From NCBI GenBank assembly GCA_013416795.1, contig RQSC01000313.1, positions 16,741 to 22,748 on the forward strand: a stretch of 6,008 nt of DNA, given 5' to 3'. Below are positions 1 through 6,008 of this stretch, piece by piece. Below the pieces are notes generated by a model that saw nothing but the letters and a program-made list of their open reading frames with translations, made no database searches and had not been told where the DNA came from. The first letter of the stretch is position 1. Each line of letters begins with the position of its first letter. Source of the stretch: Prasinococcaceae sp. CCMP 1430. Lineage: Eukaryota; Plantae; Prasinodermophyta. A program made the translations under genes and the position numbers.

Positions 1-1
1 C

Positions 2-472
2 GCGACGGCGCGCACGTTCAGCGTGACCGCGGCGCGCGCGGGCGCGGGCGCGGCGGCGGAGGGGGAGAGCAAGCCGCGCCCGCGCGAGCTCACGGTGTCT
101 GTGGACGGCATCCGCTGCGAAGGCGGGGGTGCGCGGGGTTGGTTCGTCCCTTCCGCGGAGGTGTACCGGGCAGACGCGTCGGACAGCGGCCGCGCGCTCG
201 CGCTCACAGTGCTCAAGACGATCACCTATGAGTGCGCGAGCCCGCAGGAGGCCGACGAGCTCGTGCGCAGCGTCAAGCAGTGGGGCATGGGCAAGAGGGA
301 GCTGGTGGACGCAGACACGCTGGGCGGTGAGCTGACCACGCTGGCGGCGATCGAGGCCGGCGTGCGCCCGCTGCGCGAACGCAGGGCGGCGCTCGCGGCG
401 CAGGTGCGCGCATTGCAGGCGGAGCTCTTGGGGGACGACGTCAAGCTCACAGACACCTCGCCCGTGACGTAG
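2..472 (+). CDS. 3' part of a protein-coding gene (5'-partial): PH-like domain followed by a short coiled coil
   Basis: Frame is open from position 2 (ATARTFSVT...) to TAG at 470-472 with strong G/C third-position bias. Beta-strand-like segments (RELTVSVDGI, GWFVP, LALTVL, TITYEC) followed by helix SPQEADELVRSVKQW resemble a PH fold, then heptad-like LRERRAALAAQVRALQAELL. The domain call is pattern recognition only. Confidence 0.6.
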   Translation, partial: ATARTFSVTAARAGAGAAAEGESKPRPRELTVSVDGIRCEGGGARGWFVPSAEVYRADASDSGRALALTVLKTITYECASPQEADELVRSVKQWGMGKRELVDADTLGGELTTLAAIEAGVRPLRERRAALAAQVRALQAELLGDDVKLTDTSPVT

Positions 473-671
473 GGGCGCCTCGGCGCGCTCGTGCCTCCTG
501 TATCAAAACATGTACTCCCTATGCGAGCAAGCACGCGCGCGCGGAGCTCGGCCGTCCAATACAAGCGAAACAAGGGGTTACCTCAAGTGGGCGGCGCGCG
601 CGCGCGCGCGCACCGCACTGGGGCGCGTCCCACGTCCAGGAGATCTTCCGCACGCGAGTCCAGCGTGAGCG

Positions 672-750
672 TCGCGAGCTCACATTGTCAGGCCGCATGT
701 CCCCACGCATACGCGTTTTGGGGCCGGCCGTCATTGCGCTGGTTCGCGCT
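672..750 (-). promoter_or_regulatory. Eukaryotic SECIS element (selenocysteine insertion sequence) in the TrxR 3' UTR, type II-like
   Basis: Minus strand reads gcgcgaaccagcgca AUGAC GGCCGGCCCC AAAA CGCGUAUGCG UGGGG ACAUG CGGCC UGAC aaugugagcucgcg. AUGA at 734-731, 11 nt spacer, AAAA at 719-716, GGCCG/CGGCC and CCCC/GGGG helix II pairing, apical CGC/GCG mini-stem, 3' UGAC at 690-687 completing the GA/GA quartet, lower helix CGCGA/UCGCG. Confidence 0.88.
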
Positions 751-964
751 GCCTCGTCTGCTGCGGCGCAGCGCCGACTCTCGTCGGCGCGCGCAGTGTC
801 AGGCGGGCGGCGGGGGCGTGTCCTGCGTCGGGGGCTGTGTGTGGTGCGAGGCCAGGCAGGCCTACCCTGGCGGGCAGGCGTCCCGCTGCGTTCGCGGTGG
901 TGGGAGGGCGGGGCACCAATGTGCGACCCCGCCCCTACCTACCACCGCTCAGGCAGCAGGTGCT

Positions 965-2269
965 CTAACCTCAGCAGCCCTTCGCCTTGGCGTCGAGCCC
1001 GGAGCGCTTGGTAATGTCAAGCGTGGTGAAGACCTCCGAGGTCGACGGGTGGATCCCCACTGTGCGGTCGAAATCCCCCTTGGTGGCGCCCAGCTTCATG
1101 GCCACCGCGTAGCCCTGGGTGACCTCGGCGGCGTTGGGGCCGAGGTAGTGCAAGCCCAACACGCGCTCGTCGTCCTGCAGGTCGCACACGAGCTTGATCA
1201 TGCACGCCGAGTCCTCCCGGCACTTCTTGCCGTTGTGCTCCTCGTGGTTGGTGCTCCACTCGAGCGGCTTGAAGTACTGGATGTACACCTCGATGTTGTC
1301 CTCGCCGTGCTTCGCGATGGCATCCTCCTCGCTCATGCCGATGGTACCGTACTCGAGCGGGGTGAAGACAGTGGTGGGCACGGTATCGTACTCCATGGCC
1401 TTGGTGCCGCCATTGTACAGGCGCTTCGCCAGCAGGACGCCAGCATTGATCGCAACGGGCGTGAGCTCCTGGCGCGCCTCGAGCACGTCGCCGATGGCGT
1501 AGATGTGCGGCACGTTGGTCTGCTCGAACTGGGCGTCGATCTTGCCATTCTTGACGGTCTCAACACCGCAGGTCTCCAGGCCAAGGTCGTCGGTGAGCGC
1601 GCGGCGGCCCACGGCGAGCATGACGGTGTCGTAGTCGTTGTCCGTCTCGAAGCCCATGTCGAGGTTCTTCAGCGTGGCCTTGACCTTTCCATCCGCGGTC
1701 TTCTCGAACTTCGTCGGGATGGCGCCACGGATGAACTGGGTGCCGTGGCGCTCCATGTACTCAACGATGGCGTCGGCCACCTGCTGGTCGAAGCCGCGCA
1801 GGGCGATCGAGCGGATGACGACGGTCACGTCCAGGCCGAGCGCCGTCAGCAGGCCGGCAGTCTCCAGCGCGATGTATGAGCCGCCGATCACGAGCGTCTT
1901 GCCCGGCGAGGACGGCAGCGAGAACACGTCGTCCGAGGTGATGCAGCACTCCTTGTCACCTGGCACACCGAGGTACGAGGGCCTGCCGCCGACGGCAATC
2001 AGGATGCGGCGGCCGCTGATGGACTTCACCTCGCCCTTGCGGTTGGTGCAGTCGATCGTGTGCGGGCCGGTGAACTTGCCCCGCGCGTTTATGTACTCCA
2101 CCTTGGCGTCGCGCAGGGCGACGCGGTAGCCCCAATTCAGCGAGCCGATGTGGTCCTGCACGCTCCCCACCAGCGTCTCCCAGTCGTGCTTGGGCTGCGC
2201 CTCCACGTTCCAGCCCATCGACTTGGCGTCGCCCATGCTCTCGCCGAGGATGCCGGCCTGGTGCATGAG
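965..2269 (-). CDS. TXNRD: Large (animal-type) thioredoxin reductase selenoprotein, last exon (434 codons plus stop); N-terminal exon(s) not found in window
   Basis: Starts LMHQAGILG (normally follows CVNVGCIPKK), GSLNWGYRVALR, NADPH-binding VIGGSYIALE and RSIALRGFDQ, FAD-binding TNVPHIYAIGD, PTTVFTPLEYG, catalytic His/Glu in GIHPSTSE, and C-terminal GC-TGA-G-TAG. True stop is TAG at 967-965. Confidence 0.95.
971..973 (-). other. In-frame UGA recoded as selenocysteine
   Basis: AAG GGC TGC TGA GGT TAG matches the Gly-Cys-Sec-Gly C-terminal redox motif of large TrxRs; SECIS present downstream. Confidence 0.93.
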
Positions 2270-2300
2270 CTGCGCGGCGCACGAGGTCGCCGTACGGAGC
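2270..2300 (-). other. 3' splice acceptor of the intron preceding the TrxR last exon
   Basis: ...gcgccgcgCAG|CTC ATG CAC. TrxR similarity stops exactly at this AG and an in-frame TAA lies upstream at 2338-2336. Confidence 0.8.
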
Positions 2301-2509
2301 GGGATGGACGCCGCGCATGGGAGCGGGGCGAGCGTTTATCGAACGAGCGTCAGCGGCCGCGCGCGCGCGCGCGGGCGCAACTGGGCCGCGCATTGGCGGC
2401 GCGCAGCGCGGCAGCCACTCGGCGCAGCCGCCGAGGCATGCCGCTCTGGCGCGTCCGCTCGCACTCGCCGGCGCTCTCACGATCGCGCGCATTTGCGCGC
2501 GTGCGACAA

Positions 2510-2563
2510 GGCAGTCCGCTGCGAGGCAGTCCGCTGCGGCAGTCCGCTGCGGCAGTCCGCTGC
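2510..2563. repeat. Minisatellite: 4 exact copies of GGCAGTCCGCTGC (13 bp)
   Basis: Units at 2510-2522, 2525-2537, 2538-2550 and 2551-2563, with a GA insert after the first. Confidence 0.95.
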
Positions 2564-2589
2564 GCAGGCGCGCGCCCCTCTCCCCCTTT

Positions 2590-2719
2590 ACACACACGCG
2601 CGCACACACACAACTCCCTCCTTCGGGCGCGCAATTGCACGCCCCACCGGTGCGCGCTCACCGCCTCTCTCTAGACTGTGACTGTACCACACACACACAC
2701 GCACATGCACACACACACA
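2590..2719. repeat. Interrupted (CA)n/(CG)n microsatellite tracts
   Basis: CA-rich runs at about 2590-2612, 2688-2700 and 2708-2719. Confidence 0.85.
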
Positions 2720-2924
2720 ACCGCAGCGCACGAAAGGGTCGCGCCGCCGCGTGCCCTTTGCAGCCATAGCTGTGCGTGGTGACCTCGCCGCGTCTCCTCC
2801 TCCCGTGTCACCACCGTGCGCTCGAGGGCCCCTCCGCGTCTGTCTGTACCGTCGGTGAGGAAAGGGGTACACGGTTGGCCGTGGAGGGGGATGGGCGCGG
2901 CCCCTGCTGGCACAAGCGCACGCC

Positions 2925-3014
2925 TGTGTGTGTGCGCGCCTGCGTCGCGCTGCGTGTCCATGCCTTCGTGCCTGCGAGTGTGTGTGTGCGTGTGTGCGTG
3001 TGTGCGCGCGTGTG
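2925..3014. repeat. Interrupted (TG)n/(CG)n microsatellite tracts
   Basis: TG-rich runs at 2925-2934 and 2978-3014; another (TG)6 at 3502-3513. Confidence 0.85.
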
Positions 3015-3479
3015 CGTACCGCCGCCGCGGGCCCTTTCGCGCACGCGCGGGGGCGCGACCGCGCCGCCGCGCGCGCCCGACGCCACCATCAGATCTCATC
3101 GCGCGACGCCGATGCGAGCGCCAAGGGGCGCGCGAGCGTGCCCCTTGGGGCGCGCGCACCGGCGCAGGTCACGGCCGCAGGCGGGGCCTCCTCCGGACGG
3201 GCCCTTTGGAGGCCCCGCAGGCTTCTGTGCGCGGAGGGCACCCGAGGCGCAGGGAGGTCAGGGCGGAAGGGAGGGCGCGCGGGGCGGGGCCAGCGTGCCC
3301 CCTTCGGCCCCCCTCGCAGCGGTGTACTCCGCTGCGACGCGGCACTCTCTCGGCGCCGTGGCGCTCTCGGGGGCTCCGAGGGGGGCCGGCAATGCGTGCG
3401 TGATGGGGATGAGGCGCCGGTAGTGCGTTTTGATGGCGGCTCTCCAGGCGACGCCGGGCGCTGTCAGCACCGTCTCTCA

Positions 3480-3835
3480 ATCGGTTGGGATCTGTGATTG
3501 ATGTGTGTGTGTGGTGGCGGGCGATCGATTTGGCGCGCGCGAAAAAGAAGGAAAGGAGAGATCAAATTCAGCGCGCAACAATCGGTGGAATCGTTCTGAA
3601 ATGCCTCAGAAGTGTTGAATGTGTTAGTCGAATGTGAATGTCGAAATCAAATCAATTTGTCTGACAAATTGAACGCAAAAAAAAATGTTCGCGGCGCGAC
3701 GTGCCCGCGGCATTCGACCGCGGCGCCATCCGTAATTATTGCATTCGGTTGGACGTCTCCTTTTGAGGCTTTCGCAATTTCTTTTGGTGCAGATTTTACG
3801 CCGCGCGAAAGCGTTTCGGCCTCGTGCGCAATTAT
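3480..3835. promoter_or_regulatory. AT-rich island, promoter-like, with E2F-consensus motifs and a 21-bp palindrome
   Basis: Abrupt drop in GC, poly-A tract at about 3677-3685, TTTSSCGC matches at 3529-3536 (+), 3537-3544 (-) and 3803-3810 (-), palindrome at 3652-3672. Confidence 0.4.
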
Positions 3836-4089
3836 GAACGCGAGAACGAGCGTGAGCGGCGATCATCGCGAAATCGTCGAGGCGGAGTCGGACGCGCACG
3901 CGCGGTGAGGAAGGCTCCTCGTGGTGAGATTTCGTCGCGAGGGATTTCGGCGGGCGCGGGAGAGGGGCCAGGGACACCGGGCCGCTCATAGTGAGGGTGC
4001 CGCAGTGGTATGGGGGCGCGGGGCGCCGGGGCGTTGCGCACTGTTCGAGAGCGCTTGTGAGGGTGTGAGCAGGTGGCCATGGCGGCGGC
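3789..4089 (+). pseudogene. Possible degenerate, frameshifted upstream SLC12 coding remnants
   Basis: ADF (3789), GDHREIVEAESDAHAR (3858-3905) ending at a donor-like GTGAGG, CEGV (4056-4067) and QVAMAAA (4070-4090) occur in the order I recall for plant CCC1 (ADF...GDYYECAEEAKEACKQ...CEGVAEIVVA...EGFRGIIQ), but not in the frame of the downstream exon. Alignment is from memory. Confidence 0.35.
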
Positions 4090-4568
4090 GATGGCTTCCG
4101 CTCGCTCATTCAGAGCGCGGGCGTCGGCAATCTGCGGCCGAATCTCATAGTCATGCGGTATCCCGAGCGATGGGAGAAGCAGGAGGCCTCAATGAGCGAC
4201 GGCGGCCTCTTCTCGCCGGGGGCCAATCCGGTGGGCCGTGGCGAGACGCCCGCCGCGAAGACGCTGCGTTCAACGGACGAAGGCGCAGGGATGGGGGCGG
4301 GGGCAGGCGCTAACGGCGGCCAGTCGCCCGGCCTGGGCGGCCGCAACGGCAGTTTCACACTATCGCGGAGATCTTCACGCCGCCGGCGCAGGTCGAGCAG
4401 CGTCGGGATCGCGCCCATCGCCGACCAATTCGTGAGCATCGTCAACGACTGCCACCACGCGGGCAAGGGCGTCGTGCTCATCCACAATATCGATGCGCTG
4501 CCGTCATCAAAGTTCGACAAGGAGCGCACTCGCGAGATCATCCAGAATCAGTCCACAATCGACCTGTA
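4073..4568 (+). CDS. SLC12/CCC cation-chloride cotransporter (plant CCC1/KCC-like), C-terminal cytoplasmic domain, penultimate exon; 5' boundary uncertain
   Basis: Frame extends upstream of the 4153 ATG as DGFRSLIQSAGVGNLRPNLIVMRYPERW, matching the family motif GLGxL(K/R)PN.V.MxYP..W; later FVSIVNDC..AGKGVVLI and TIDL. In-frame TGA at 4066-4068 and a possible acceptor CAG at 4070-4072. Confidence 0.8.
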
Positions 4569-4744
4569 GTACGTCATGCGATGGCCGGGCTCGTGCCGCC
4601 ATCGTCGCTCGCGGCGCCTCTCTCCGCTCGATGTTTTCAGGCTGCGCTGCCTCCCTGCGCAGTGCACGTGTGCGCTCCAGTCAGTGGGCTGTGCGGGCGC
4701 CGCCACGTCTCTGACGCTCTCTCCCGCGCCTCGTGACTCACCAG
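4569..4744 (+). other. GT-AG spliceosomal intron, 176 nt, phase 2
   Basis: TA|GTACGT ... gtgactcacCAG|C TGG. Removal rebuilds TIDLYWLVRDGGLMLLL, the conserved SLC12 IDxxW..DGG motif. The apparent TAG stop at 4567-4569 spans the splice junction. Confidence 0.92.
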
Positions 4745-5342
4745 CTGGCTCGTCCGCGATGGCGGCCTCATGCTGCTCCTCTCGGGCCTGCTGCGGCGCG
4801 CGGCGGCGTTCGAGGGATGCCGAATAAGGGTGTTTTGCATGGGAGAGGGGAGCGAGCTCGGGGCGCTCAAGGAGGACGTGCAGCGTTTCCTGTACGACCT
4901 GCGCATGGACGCCACCGTGACGGTGCTATCAGTGGCGGACGCCGACAAATGCCAGCACTGCAATTCGCCCAACCACGACATCGCGAGGCGACTCGAGACG
5001 TACAAGCAGTCCCTTCTGTACGTGCGGGAGTCCGCTTCGAGCGAGCAAAGCGGCGATGATGCGGATCGGAAGAGGGAGCGCAGGAAAGGACGGGTGGCCC
5101 AGGGCGTGCCCTCGGAGGCGCACGTCACACATTGCTTGCACGCGTCGCTCAAGCTCAACGCCACCGTGCGCCTGCATTCGACGGGCAAGGCCGCGCTGGT
5201 GCTGCTGTCAATGCCACCCCCTCCACCCGATGAGCCGGCGAGCAACTACATGACTTACATGGACGCGCTGCTGGTGGGCATCACTACGCCCACGATGGTC
5301 GTCCGGGGGTACAGGCGCAGCGTGGTTTCAATATATCAATAG
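4745..5342 (+). CDS. SLC12/CCC cation-chloride cotransporter, last exon
   Basis: WLVRDGGLMLLL, CRIRVF, LKEDVQRFLYDLRMDA, LKLNATVRLHS, LVLLSMPPPP, YMTYMDAL and VVRGYRRSVVSIYQ-stop are the typical KCC/CCC1 C-terminal motifs. Confidence 0.92.
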
Positions 5343-5448
5343 CGCCACTGGCCGCACGTGCGGGCCGGGTGCGCTGTTTGTCGTGTACAGATGCGGGGCC
5401 GCGCTGCGCCGCAGCGGGGGTCGCACTGGCTGCGGTTGGCGCCTGCCG

Positions 5449-6006
<558 letters not shown>

Positions 6007-6008
6007 GC

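Noticed and set aside
491-1879. 462-aa + strand ORF, plus ORFs 1194-1502 and 1638-2129
   Set aside because: Antisense shadows of the codon-biased TrxR exon, with no recognisable motifs.
2264-2266. ATG at 2266 as the true TrxR start
   Set aside because: It is the internal Met of the conserved KKLMH motif; starting here would omit the FAD-binding motif and the CVNVGC redox centre.
2510-2563. Repeat array as a CRISPR
   Set aside because: 13-bp units without spacers, eukaryotic context and no cas genes.
2648-2674. Small hairpin (CGGTG/CACCG) followed by CTAG, resembling a Helitron 3' end
   Set aside because: Stem is only 5 bp, CTAG is followed by A rather than T, and no matching 5' end is evident.
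2796-2820. Minus-strand GGDTGGGDAAR as a remnant of the TrxR GGGSGG FAD-binding motif
   Set aside because: No preceding YDLxVI strand and no following CVNVGC; a chance match is likely.
3256-3277. GGTCAGGGCGGAAGGGAGGGC resembling SRP RNA helix 8
   Set aside because: Bases flanking GGAA do not pair and the AGCAG motif is absent.
2060-3497. Many overlapping 90-215 aa ORFs on both strands in the central region
   Set aside because: Arg/Ala/Pro-rich or CV/HT repeats translated from GC-rich, microsatellite DNA where stops are rare.
4567-4569. TAG ending ORF 4153-4569 as a real stop or readthrough site
   Set aside because: Its G is the first base of the intron; splicing produces TAC (Tyr).

Overview
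Very GC-rich, gene-dense eukaryotic DNA with spliceosomal GT-AG introns; a unicellular alga or protist such as a haptophyte is my inference only. In order: (1) 3' end of a + strand gene with a PH-like domain and coiled coil; (2) the large last exon of a - strand animal-type thioredoxin reductase. The ORF track stops it at TGA, but the sequence reads GGC-TGC-TGA-GGT-TAG = Gly-Cys-Sec-Gly-stop, and a canonical SECIS element lies about 230 nt into the 3' UTR, so it is a selenoprotein; (3) a 1.8 kb central region with microsatellites, hairpins and an AT-rich palindrome-containing island; (4) two + strand exons encoding the C-terminal domain of an SLC12/CCC cation-chloride cotransporter; (5) an intact, intronless UBE2E-type ubiquitin-conjugating enzyme on the - strand. 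The oddity is that TrxR and SLC12 point away from each other and both lack their 5' parts in the interval between them.
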